Below, one piece after another: positions 24,277 through 36,318 of a stretch of DNA of 46,916 nucleotides. The stretch spans positions 61,279,982 to 61,326,897 of the forward strand of contig NC_068993.1 in assembly GCF_001194135.2 (NCBI RefSeq), read 5' to 3'. The notes beneath the pieces are model-generated. The model was not told the origin of the DNA. It did no database searches and saw nothing but the letters and a program-made list of their open reading frames with translations. Made by a program: the position numbers and the translations under genes. This DNA is from Octopus bimaculoides. Its lineage: Eukaryota. The number at the start of each line of letters is the position of its first letter. Positions within the stretch are counted from its first letter, which is position 1.

Positions 24277-27200
24277 TAAAAGTTATTGTAGGCTGTCCCA
24301 GTCTTGGAGATGGTCTCTAAAATATTCCATAGTAACCTTTTTATTATTAGACATGCCATGTTCTATTCTGCTGGAACCGAAACAGATTTATATTACTTTA
24401 TTACACTGGGGGAGGGGAGGTGAGGGCAAAAATGTTTAATGTATGAAAACCTTCAATGAACTGCAATCTTAATGATCCAAAGAAAACTGAATCAAGTGAA
24501 AATAAAAACTAATACAATAAAACAATGCAAATACTACAACAGAAACAACAATGTAGTAGAATGGTACCAGCCATATTATTCCTAAACAGTCATTTGGCAG
24601 AAGATGTATTCCAAAGAGCTAAGAACAGATTGAGAAAAAAGATCTCCCAGTGCTCAATTTTATATTTACAAATCTTCAAATACCACATCAACAAATTTGA
24701 AAATCCTCATCCTACAGAATAAAGCAAGCCTTTATTTGTGCACACTCCAACTACATAAAAAAAAACAATCGTCACATAGTAAACACTGTTTCACTAATTG
24801 GTTATCAAAGCAAAGTACCCTAATCCTTGCCTGAAGTAAAAATAATGCTCTCATAATCATTAGCCCTTAATATAGACAGAAGAGATAACCAAATACTAAA
24901 ACATCTCCACCTCATGATAGAAACTTTGGTGATAGAGATCTATATATGCTTAACTACAAAAGAAATAAAACATTTCTAATATTCCTACACCAAACACTGG
25001 ACTTGCCAAAGCAAAGTTGCTAACAATACCAGTTATGTTAAGGGATTCAAATATTCTAAGCAAATTATACACCAAAAGACGAAATGATCAAGACAGAAGT
25101 AACATTTCAAATGGGACAGTTTTGCAACTATTTCTCCGTTTCTTGGTATACATGCCCTCACTGGTGGCATTTCTACTTCAGCCCTACTTTATCACTCAAG
25201 TGGAACAAGCAGAGTTATGTACCTTGCATTTCAACTGGTACAATAGATTTTAGTGAAGTTTCAACTAATGACCTTATGTAGTTAAGTCAATCTAGAATTT
25301 GACCTAAAAGTCTACTTACAGGATTCTTTCATGTGTCTCAGCTAAAGTCCTGCAGTAGTACTGTTTGCTGTGTTGGATTGTGAGGAGTTTTAAACAATCA
25401 GTTAAGTAATGGACTGAAATGGGAAACTGCTGCAAAACTTGATAGAACATTTCTCTTTTCAAGTTGCACGAAATATGGAGCCAACATTTTAAATCATGAA
25501 TGGCTTAATCGACATTTCTGATGTCTTTTAGCAGTATTTCTGTTGAAATAAGACATTAACAAATACTGATGGATTATATAATCCAAATCTTTTTATAATA
25601 AGTCTCCATTTCTATACGACAATCCAACAAAGCACCATTTCTGTAAGACTAAAACTGGTTGAAACTATTTGATAAACCACTTTTAGGGAACCTAATCAGA
25701 ATGAATATAAACCATTGCCAACATTAAAAATCTACCAACTTAGTATTTACTCAATCCACCTGGCCTGGGTTAACACCACACATCACCACCTGGCCTCCTT
25801 GGATGGAGTTCACTGTTGCATGGATTCGGGTCAAGTGTCCAGTTTGAGGAGACCATCCTCCCTCTCTCCTGATTAGGAAGATAAAAAATATCTAATACAG
25901 GTATTAGGAAAATTAGACTCAATAAGTCAAAGATTTTGATAAAGCGCAACCCTTTAACAGTGGACCAGAGTGAAAAAAACCCGAAACCGAGTGAAACAAT
26001 GATTTATTAGCAAACCTAGAAGAAAATCTGAAATTAGCATCAAAGAAATCACAAAAAAAAAATTAATACACAATGGAACCAACCAAAACAGCATATTTGG
26101 ACCAACACAGCAGACAACGGCAAACTATTTAAATCCTATAGTTTTAATGGTAAAAGGCAGGTTGAGGAGAGGAAGGGATTCCTAGCAACATTAAGGGATA
26201 TGCTAACGGAAGGACAATACCAAAAATAAGTTTTCATTCATACAAAAAAAAAAAAACCAAGCCCTACAAATTAACCATCAAATGAGAAATATGACCACCA
26301 CCAGCAAAGCACATGACAAAAATCCTACAAATTAGACCAATTGTCCAAATCAAAACCTATGACTGGGTAAGATGGAAATAAAATAGGAAAAAATCAATGT
26401 AGAATTGGCCATCTAACATATTTTACAAATGAAAGCTCAAGTATTATTTATCATGCAAACAATATATATGAGAAATTAGAAAATTTAATGAATGTAAAAA
26501 TTATATTCATATTTGTACAGTTTCTAAAATATGCCTTAGCTAAATTCATGGTTTAAGCAGACTTTACAAAGCAAAAATAATTTTAAAATTTAAAAAAAAA
26601 ACACTTTATTTAAAAAAAAAAATAACAAACATATACCAGAATGAAATATTCAAATCTGCTTTTGAACTTACAGCAATATATTACAGCATAAGGATTTTGG
26701 ATGGACAGGGGAATTTCAGAAACGGAAATACTTGCTAATTCTTTAGGTAGGCCAAAGCGGGGTCACTGACAGCAACTCTAGATTCAACGAGAAAGTTACA
26801 CAATATGGATTAGGGTAAAAATTCCAACTATATATTGGAAAAAAATTCAATCTTTTTAAATGTAAAAAAAAAGACAAAAAAAACATATAATATATAAACA
26901 CACGTACAACTAACCTCTTGAAAGTCAAATAAACCAAGACATATTCTATCACCATAAACAGGGAGAAATGATCGACGAAAAGAAATCTAGTCTAGTGACA
27001 ATTATTTCCAGATTTATTTCACAATAATCAAATTTAGTCGATTTAATATCACAAAAAGACAAATTGAATGTTAATTTAGATTCATAGATGTTCAGGACAC
27101 AAGATTACATGACAATACTACTAACTTTAATACCTATTAAATTTAGAATACTAACAAAACTAGAACTGGTTACTTTACGTAGGATAGAATAAACAGTGGT

Positions 27201-29713
27201 AATAGATACAAGAAACGGCGCCAACTGTTGTTACTATGGATCAATGGACTGGAAAAACCTCTGAAGATGGTTGAAACTGTTTCTGTTCTTCCTTTAAGAC
27301 ATCTCGATAAAAACAATTCTTACTGTTCTAGTCTACGTACATCTAAACTTACCGGACATAATACGAAAAACACTGAAAGCATGAATGACAACTCGTAAAA
27401 GACAAAAAAAAGATCGCATTCACGGTTGATCGAGGAATTGAGAGAAAAAGAAAAGAGGAATTCTTGAAGAAAAAAATTGAAATCACATACGTACAAGGAA
27501 GAAAGCAATGGGGAAAATGTCAAATCATAGCCTTTTTCAAATAACTAAAGGAAAGGGAGATATTTCTAATAAGATGTGAAAAGCAGTCGATTATCTTTCA
27601 GTCAGAGTAGAAAGCGTGAAAACAAAACTATTACCAGGCTAAAAGCTACAATAAAAATGTGTAAATATGATCAATATTTTTAATACCAGTAAAATATAAG
27701 TAAAAACGAAAAAAAAAAACAGCGTGTCCCAGTATGGCCACAGACGAACGACATGTTTTTACCCTGTCCACACATTCAATCAAATGTACTTTTATCAGTT
27801 GAATGAAGTTTTATGTAATAGATATTTTATATACACTCCAACATTATAAAAAGAAAAAAAAGGGGGCCGTGAAACAAGGCAAAAAAGGCTTTCGAGTAGA
27901 AAGGGACAGAAAGTGTTGGGACTACACGTGTTTGTACCAAGTAGTCGTAGAGAAAAAAATAAAGGGGTCGACTCCATAGTTGCTGCCGGTTCTTTTAAAA
28001 CATTTCAGACTGGCTGTGGTGAGGGCGCTTTGACTGCCAAGTTGATTGTAGGAAAACCTTTCGGTACCAACAAATGTTTACCTTATTACACACGCACATT
28101 GATAAAACGGGGGGGGGGGTCAATGAAAAGACACACGGGAAAAACTGTAAAATAAAAATTAAAAAAAGCCAAGTGTTTGTAATGAAAAGAAATGAGTGAC
28201 AGTATATAATAATGGTGGTGAAAATATAAGGAAAAGGCGGGAGAAAGAGAGAGAGAAGGTGGAATGGATATTTTTGCATCCAGCAACATTGGAGTGTAAA
28301 TTGAGAGCGACAAGACCAGAGTGAAAGAGAGAGAGTAGTGGGAGGAGAGTAAAAGTTGTGAGAGAGAGGAAATTGGAGAGAATGTAGAAAGATATAACGG
28401 CTGAGAGAGGAGAATAAAGATATAAAGCGAGGGGGGGAGAGAATGAGAGTGCAGGCAGGCAGGCATGGATTAGGGAAGGTAAGATATATGTGGACAAGGG
28501 TGTGTGAGTACAGTGGACAGTGAAGGGGAGGAAGGAAGGCAGAGACAAAGAAATGGAGGAGTAGGTAGAGAAAGAGACATGGAAGGAGAGAGGGAAAGAA
28601 AAGACAAAGTGAAGAGCGGGAGAGAGTAAGAGAAAGTAGGAAGCCGGTTGTGGAGATAAGTTGAAGCGATATTAGATGAGTGAAGGGAGGAGGAGTCGAG
28701 TAGAATGTGAGTAGGAGTTGAGTGAAGGATATTTTGGAAGAAAATGGGGGCAACGAGAGAGGAGGAGGAGGAAGAGATTGAGTGCGAGTGTAAGTAGAAT
28801 AGGAAGTAAGGAAGAGAAAAAGTGAATGGCTGAGGTTGGATCTCAATGGAATCTGCAATGTTGAATTAAAACACAAAGGCCGCCAATACAGGAGGAAGAA
28901 ACGACATTTCGGCGTTGTAGTGGTGATGGTGGTTTGTCGACAAATAAAAGAACTCCCAGAGCTACTACCGGTTCCTTTTATAAAAGGAAGAGTAGGAGCC
29001 ATGCCACACTCCTTCGACTTCTTTTTCTTTTCCTCCTCGTTCTTGTTTAGTCACACCGATTCGAAATTCTTAAATAACATCATTAGTCATTGGAAATTTC
29101 ACGAAGAGGATTATTTTTTTTAAATATATAAGCAGCATTTCCTCTTATTCGGGGAGAAAAAAAAATGTCTGGAAAACGATGTGTAATATATGTATGCCTA
29201 TCGTTTATAATTAAAAATCAAGACAAAGGCAGACTGGATATGTGTGTATGAAAATATATAAAGTGAAGCAATTAGATGGTTCGTTTATAATTAAATTAAA
29301 GCAGTGCAGAAAGAGATTAGGTATCAAATATTTTGCTTTGTTTGAAACGGAGTCTGGGGTCGTTAGCGATTTATTTAAATCTAAAATGTGGAGAAATAAA
29401 TAAGAGAATGTGTGTCAGAAAGAGAGAAAATAACCAAAGACTCCATTGGAAGAATTGGATGAAGCTCAACACTTTTCTGGTGTTTACAGCTTTTTTTTTT
29501 TTTTGTTTCTTATTTTGCTGTCATTTAAAAATATAAAATTGGAATTAATTTTTTTTATTCGTGTCGAAATGACCAAACACGATTTACAGGTGGAAATAAT
29601 AAATATGTGTGTATTGTGTGTGTGTGTTAATAGTTGGGTACTATTAATACTAACAGAAATTATTCATCATTCACCAATGCGGTGTTGATAACTCGTTCTT
29701 TAGTTCGTTCTTA

Positions 29714-29749
<36 letters not shown>

Positions 29750-30269
29750 TATATATCGTGTGTAGCTGTATATATATGCATGTGTGTGGCTGTATACATA
29801 TATATAAAGCATAAAAGTGGCACAATCGGAATTATAACATAAATACAGCTTACAAATACATCTCTGCGAAAGGGTAATAATACATTTGTGCTTAGACATA
29901 AACGAGAGAAACAAATTAATGCGGTTCAAAATAAAAAATTTAAATGTTTCAATCAGCTTTTTTTTTTTTTTTCTTTTTCGGTTCAGAAGAGAAACCGGGG
30001 GACTTTATTCACACACGCTTATATAGAGAGAAAAAGATATTTAAACACACATAAACGTATGTATGTGATTCAAAGCCTGTATATACAAATGTGTGTGTGG
30101 TTCAAAGCGATTATATATACACACATATATATATATTAGTGTCTGTGTGTGTATACACAGACACACGCGGCTACACTTCTGTACAGACAAAGAGACATTA
30201 TTGGTTTTTTGATAAACACGAGGGTATAATGATTAGGAGAGGGTTCAGACGAAGCCTCCATATATCTAC

Positions 30270-30287
30270 CTTCTTGTCATCAGGCAT
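30270..30287 (-). CDS. SUMO: SUMO coding exon 1 (MPDDKK)
   Basis: Reverse complement reads ATG CCT GAT GAC AAG AAG followed by a GTAGAT donor, phase 0. It joins exon 2 in frame and gives a typical acidic/lysine SUMO N-terminus. It lies just downstream of YY1-like and CCAAT motifs. Confidence 0.85.
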
Positions 30288-30349
30288 GATGCACCACCAG
30301 CAATGGGTTTGGCGGATGAAACTTCTTTTTTCTCTTAGGACAGACGGCG

Positions 30350-30610
30350 TACAAAAATGGCGCACTCTACTTACTGTTATTCTCCTGCCCGACACTTCGA
30401 TGTCAACTCGATGCTGATTGGTTCACTTGCTTGACCTTAAACTGCCCTTTTAAAATGTGGCTATTCGAATTTTTAAAAACAAGCACTTCATAAAATAGAT
30501 ATTATATATTTAATAGCCTAGCTGTATTCTTCCAACAGATTACAGTGATTCAAAATTTATTGAGTTCTCTAAATTCACTGCTGATTGCTGGGGGTCATAT
30601 ATCCAATCAG
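30350..30610. promoter_or_regulatory. SUMO promoter region with YY1-like motif and two outward-facing CCAAT boxes
   Basis: CGCCATTTT on the minus strand at 30354-30362. CCAATCAG on the minus strand (CCAAT 30417-30421) and on the plus strand (CCAAT 30603-30607). CpG-rich, 70-330 bp upstream of the SUMO ATG. The TSS is not determinable. Confidence 0.6.
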
Positions 30611-31604
30611 CGTGCGCCTTATGGCCTCCATTCAGTTGGAGACGGAAAATCGAAGAAAATTACAAAATCTTTCTTATTTAATTGTCTTTGAACGAAATCA
30701 CTTAATTTTATAAAGTAATTATCATATAAGTAATGACTGTTTTTAAAATATACGTAATTAAAATTTTTTTTTTTAATTAGCCTGCTATTATTTTTACTGT
30801 TTAATTTTTAAAAAATACTTTATGAATAAATAAAACACTGCAAAAAAAATATATATATATTTATAGTAATAGTGGAGAGGAAGAAGGAAAATTTATAACA
30901 ATAATTTATTTTATAAGTAAACACGTCCGGGCCGATCAAGGACTTGTGAGTGGATTTGGTAGACGGAAACTGAAAGAAGCATGTCGTGTGTACGTGTGTT
31001 CCCCATATTCACACCGCTTGACAACCGGTGTTGGTTTGTTTACGTCCCCGTAATCTAGCGGTTCGGCTACTTGGACCGATAGAATAAGCACCTGACTTTA
31101 AAACGCACAAATACTGGTATAAATTTGTTCGACTGAATACTAAGGCGGTGCCCCAGCATGGCCGAGGTTCGATGGCTGAAACAAATAAAACATTGACGAC
31201 GTCTGAGCGAAAAAAAAAAGAGTTGATTCATCGTTTAGTTATTTTAATTATCCAGATTGTTAGATGTGAGAATTAAAATATTAAAATTCCACAACAATTT
31301 GCAGTTAATAACAACGGCAATAAAATTATTTATAGTTATTCAGTGGGGGTAACATCTTTTTATAATTAACTGGTTGAACTCAAAATTAAAACAAATAAGA
31401 CCCACTTAAATACTAATTGAGACATCAATTAAAGGATGTGATTTTAAAAAGGGACAGGGGTGAATATAATCCTTAATTACGCAATAATATTTTACATAAG
31501 AATCCATTAAAAATATATCATGTCTATTGAAGGTTATCTCCCTTAGCTGGTAGTAGCCATATAAATATTAAAGTATATAAGGGTAGGGACAGTATAATAG
31601 ATTG

Positions 31605-31820
31605 ATTCTCATTTTAGCACAAGGCCAGCAGGGTTGAGGGGAGGGGTAAGCCGATTATATTGACTCCAGTGCTCAACCGGTACTTATTTTATCGATCCTG
31701 AAAGAATAAAAAGGCAAAGTCAACTTCGGCGGCATTTGAATGCAAGAATATGAGGAGCCTGAAGAAATGTCGCTAAACATTTTTGTCCGACGCGGTAACG
31801 ATTGTGGCAGCTTGCTGCTT
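31605..31820 (-). mobile_element. SINE family B (representative copy)
   Basis: GCACAAGGCCAGC...ACTGGTACTTATTTTATCGA...AAAGGCAAAGTC..CGGCGG.ATTTGAA recurs at 1590-1665, 9712-9910, 15270-15405, 33925-34110 and 34648-34860 (all -) and at 19905-20070 and 20125-20385 (+). Confidence 0.85.
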
Positions 31821-32179
31821 TAGGAAGAGTATAATGATTGATTCTGACTTCTCTGTAGTCTATGCCTTATGAAAAAGGATGGAGCTTAAGTTTATTAAAC
31901 CTCTAACAATAGCAGATAAATCTCCCTCAAACCACACCTAACTGTAATAAATAAGAAGAATATACTGGACAATCAAGGCTTAGAAATTTTATGCCTGGAA
32001 TAAAAAGGTGGGTGGGACAGACACGGTTACGTGGAATGTCTTTCATCAGACTGTTCGATCAGGGCTACAGAGCAACGTAAGCAACACCCCCTACAATACA
32101 GAGTAATGTAAGGATTCAAACCCCAGAGAACTGATTTGGCGACTTCGTGTTGAGCTAACGAAGGGAAACGTCACTGTAC

Positions 32180-32370
32180 CTGCTAGAAATGGCAGCCAAA
32201 CACCCTAAATCACATCCTACCACCTTTAATCAAGGGAAAAAAAAAAAAAACATACATTGTACAGAGTAGCTCTGTTGTACTATAAAAAGGGATCGCTCAT
32301 TGTTGGAATTGCTTTTAATCATATATTAACTGCTGCTGCCATCAGGGCTGATCTGGGACTAAACAACAAC
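32180..32370 (+). repeat. Dispersed repeat family D
   Basis: CTGCTAGAAAT.GCAGCCAAA...CACACC...ATCAGGGCTGA...AAACAAC recurs at about 7490-7575 (-), 14695-14830, 31905-32085, 41670-41740 and 42760-42860. Confidence 0.65.
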
Positions 32371-33204
32371 CGATTCGCAGTTAAATTTATTTTCCGTCAC
32401 TTTACGGCGAATCAGGGAGTGTCTTTAACTTCCTACGATTTCATATTTTCCCCCATTCTCTAAAGAGCCTATCAATTATTGATATAAGGCATGTTGATCA
32501 TTCAAGCAAACATCTGAGATAATATATCTATTCTAAGTGTGTATATGCAAAAGAAAATTGATCGTTAAATGTGTAATCCTATAAAAAGCCTCCTCGTTTT
32601 ATTGCGCGCCGCGGATGAATGAATGAAAAGCCATAACCGACTTTTTCATACTTCAATGAGAATAGACTTTAAAATGTATTATCACAACTTAAATTATATT
32701 AATGAGGAAATAAATAAAAATATATCAATTTTGTTGTTTTCTGTAATCAATGGATTATCTTAGTTGTCGCAGTTACTAACTTCTAAATTAAAAACTATTC
32801 TAAATATTTTAATGAGTTCGTTTCAGATTTCTTTATGCTTATTACACTATTTACCCAATTTCATCATCAAAACTCAAGAAAAAAATGCATGAACATCACA
32901 ACGGTCTGTTTCTCATTATCGACATTTTTATTATTATTATTATTATTTTGTTGCACTTCTCAAAACAATTAACTCGAACATTGAAATGGTGGATGATTTT
33001 TTTTTTTTTTGCGTAAAATGAATTTTTTGGGGCTGAACTTTGCGACCGAAGTGCTTTACGATTTCGATGTGATTCTAATCAGTATGGGATCACTTGACAT
33101 AGTAAATTTCAAAATTAATAATTTCTAGTTATGCTGATGAGTCATGAGAAAAACGAAATTAAAGATCAGTAAAAGGCCGAATTATGTGTCTGTGTGTTCA
33201 TATT

Positions 33205-33205
33205 A

Positions 33206-33284
<79 letters not shown>

Positions 33285-33288
33285 TTAC

Positions 33289-33345
<57 letters not shown>

Positions 33346-33372
33346 TACTACTACTACTACTACTACTACTAC
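33205..33372. repeat. Compound (ATT)n/(ACT)n trinucleotide array in two similar blocks
   Basis: Directly visible; source of the poly-Y/I/T ORFs. Confidence 0.95.
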
Positions 33373-33872
33373 AGCATCAGGACATTGCGGTAGCTGTTGG
33401 CTTCCTCTAGGATTGCAGCTACTTTGTTACCCAGTGGCAGGACAGCACACTCCACTTTCAAACTCCCTCTCAATTTAACAGCATCCGACATGCCTTCATG
33501 CAACATCACCAAAAGCTCAGATCAGGAGCAGGTACTTCAAAGGTGTCATCTAATTGTCTGGGATGAGTGCACCATGGCTCACAAGAGAGCTTTGGAAGTA
33601 TTAGATAGAGCCCTGGAAGACATCCAAGACTGTCAAGCTCCAATGGGAGGTGTTACACTTCTGTTGTCAGGTGATTTCAGGCAAACTCTTCCTGTCATTC
33701 CGAAAGGCACTAGAGCAGATGAGGTCCAAGCATACCATGTGGCATCATGTTACCATCCTCAGTCTTAACACTAACACGAGAGCTCAGCTACACGGTGACC
33801 AAATGTCCAAAAAGCTTGCACAGGACATTTTGACAATTGGTGATGGCAAGGTGCCTCTCGACGCTGCAGGAA
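33372..33872 (+). mobile_element. Helitron Pif1 helicase fragment (N-terminal helicase motifs)
   Basis: ASSRIAATLLPSGRTAHSTFKLP, LIVWDECTM and GDFRQTLPVIPKG, then frameshifted ILTIGDGKV. Confidence 0.9.
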
Positions 33873-34199
33873 ATAATAATAATAATAATAATGATAATAA
33901 TAATAATGATAATAATCCTTTCAACTATAGGCACAAAGCCTGAAATTTGGGGGAGTGGGATAGTCGATTACATCAACCCCAGTACGCAACTGGTACTTCA
34001 CTTATCAACCCCGAAACGATGAAAGGCAAAGTCGACCTCAGTGGAATTTGAACTCAGAACGTACTGCTGAGCATTTCGCCCGGTGTGCTAACGTTTCTGT
34101 CAGCTTGCCACTGCTAATGACGCAGATAAAAGGATGTATGAAGGTGTTGTTAATGACAGGCGGCTAAATGAGGAGGACACAAGAGGAGAGAGAGGCCCT

Positions 34200-34645
34200 A
34201 GCCCAAGTTGATCCAACAAAAGGTCTAGCTATTCAAGTTGACAGCTGTACGATCACAAATGCAATTAAAGATATGAAGGCAGGGAAGTGAGACATTCTTT
34301 CGGGAATTGTGACCGAAACGATTCAAATATCTGGCTAAGTAGGTCACATGCATGCAGAGTGAGTCAGGCAGTACAGGAAAGTACCATATCCAGTGACTGG
34401 CATAGCAGTGTCATTGTCAAATGCAAAAAGAGCGAAGGAGTTGCACAAGAGAGAGGAAATTAGAGAGACATCAAATTGTTGGGCCATGTGACAAAGATTA
34501 TAGGAAAAGTCACAGCACAACTAAATAGGAAGAAAATTAGCCAAGATGAGATGCAGTTCAGCATTACACCTAAAAGAAGTACTACCGATGCCATCTTTTT
34601 AGTGAAACAAATGCAGAAGTATTTAATTAAAAGTAAGTCCCTATT
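34200..34645 (+). mobile_element. RTE-type LINE reverse-transcriptase fragment
   Basis: AIKDMKAGK...DWHSSVIV...RDIKLLGHVTKI...EMQFSITPKRSTTDAIFLVKQMQ, with stops. Confidence 0.8.
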
Positions 34646-35149
34646 ACTGGTTTCAAATTTTAGCACAAGGCCCGCAATTTAGAGAGATGGGGTATGTCAT
34701 TTTCATTGATGCCAGTGTTCAACTGGTACTTATTTTATCAACCCCAAAAGGATGAAAGGTAAAATCAACCACAGCTGAATTTGAACTCAGAACATAAAAA
34801 TGGATGAAATGCCACTAAGCATTTTGCCTGGCATGCTAACAGTTCTACCAGCTCACCCCCTTAATAAGTGACTATAATAAGTCCTTATAATTTGTATTTG
34901 TCAACCTAGTAAAGAGGGTAGGTAGAAAACCATCAGGACAAAAGTCATGCAAGCACAGCAAAGGATCAATGACTATCTCGGGAGAGTGCATAAGGACATA
35001 GGAATACTCATGATGCCGAACATGTAGGACCACATTCTGACTGATGGAAACTTGTTTCTTGCCAAAATATATTTCCGGAACAAAGATAGATGGATGTATA
35101 AAACTGAAGGCTCATTCAACGTTGAGCAACTGAGAGAAAATGCTGTTCA

Positions 35150-35735
35150 TTCTCAAGACCTGTTGAGGCAAGTGAAATCGAAATCAAACTAAATTCGATG
35201 ACTGGCACCCATGCCAACGTCTCCTTCATTGGACACTGAACTCGGCTTGCGAAAACCTGTTGGGGCAAGTCAAAGCAAAATCGTGATAGCACTTGTGCCA
35301 GTGGAGTGCTAAAAGCACCACCTGAGCATGATTGTTGCCAGAGCAGCTGCCTGGCTTCCGTGCCAGTGGCACGTAAATAGCACCATTTGCGCGTGATCGT
35401 TACCAGCATTGCCTTCACGGTACTTGTGCCAGTGGCACGTGAAAAGACATTTGAGCGAAGTCGTTGCCAGTGCCACTGGACTGGCTCCTGTGCAGGTGGC
35501 ACGTAAAATACACCATTTTAGGCTTGGCCGTTGCCAGTACCGCCTGACTGGCTTTCATGCCGGTGGCACGTAAAAGCACCCACTACACTCTTGGAGTGGT
35601 TGGCGTTAGGAAGGGCATCCAGCCATAGAAACTCTGCCAAATCAGATTGGAGCCTGGTGCAGCCATCTGGTTCACCAGTTGTCAGTCAAATCGTCCAACC
35701 CATGCTAGCATGGACATCAGACATTAAATGATGAT
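35150..35735 (+). mobile_element. Repeat family C, long copy with internal 64-67 bp tandem units
   Basis: About five GTGCCAGTGGCACGTAAA...CCATTTG units, then TGGCGTTAGGAAGGGCATCCAG and a TTAAATGATGAT tail. Reverse fragment at 44105-44230. Confidence 0.85.
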
Positions 35736-36318
35736 ATACTAGCAAATGCACCCATCCTTTGGATGGTGTAATTTATTATAATGGTGCACTCCTTTGGACA
35801 GTTTAAGATGAATTAGCCCGCAGTTAGAAGTCGTTTCAAGTTGATAAACATAAAGTGTATAATTACCAATTTCATTAGCAGTTTATGATATGGTATTAAA
35901 CAAACTAGGTAATGAATAAAGTTTTTTGAACACAAAATTGGCAGTTAGTAATAAATGAAAGTCCATGAAATGAGATTGATATTTCAGTTGGCATTAGGGA
36001 TCCTACATCTTACCTGAAGCATTTTGTAGTATGTAGTTATTTTACTTGTAATGCCTGACACAACCATATTGAAGCTTTTTTCAATGAAGGTCATGTATGA
36101 TAAACAAAAGCAAACATTTATAGCAAACAGACAAATAGAATAATGGCATGAACAAAGATAAATGTCAGAGCCTGCTTATGAGCGAACAGCATGCGTAAAA
36201 TATGAAGGGCCATTGAAGGTAAAGTACCGTTAACAGGAATCAGGGAAATGAAGCGAAATTTCAATGAAATGTTTGTAGGAAGTCTGGCATAGATGTGAAG
36301 ATTGCAGTAGAGGAGTAA

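Noticed and set aside
27348-27359. ATG TCC G|GTAAG as SUMO exon 1
   Set aside because: Phase 1, incompatible with the phase-0 exon 2 acceptor. The 30270-30287 exon fits better.
27995-29002. 335-aa minus-strand ORF upstream of SUMO exon 2
   Set aside because: L/S/F/P-rich by-product of a pyrimidine tract; no domain and no splice link.
30198-30395. N-terminally extended SUMO (MSGRRIT...)
   Set aside because: The first codon is GTG, not ATG; the track uses alternative starts. The real ATG is at 30287.
33136-33175. CTGATGA...GAAA motif; also CTGAAGA...GAAAC at about 27260 and CTGATGAG at about 42316
   Set aside because: No adequate stem II or stem I. The last lacks GAAA and is part of a CR1 3' end.
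33397-33768. Host PIF1 helicase gene
   Set aside because: Intronless, frameshifted and bounded by microsatellites; typical of a Helitron relic.
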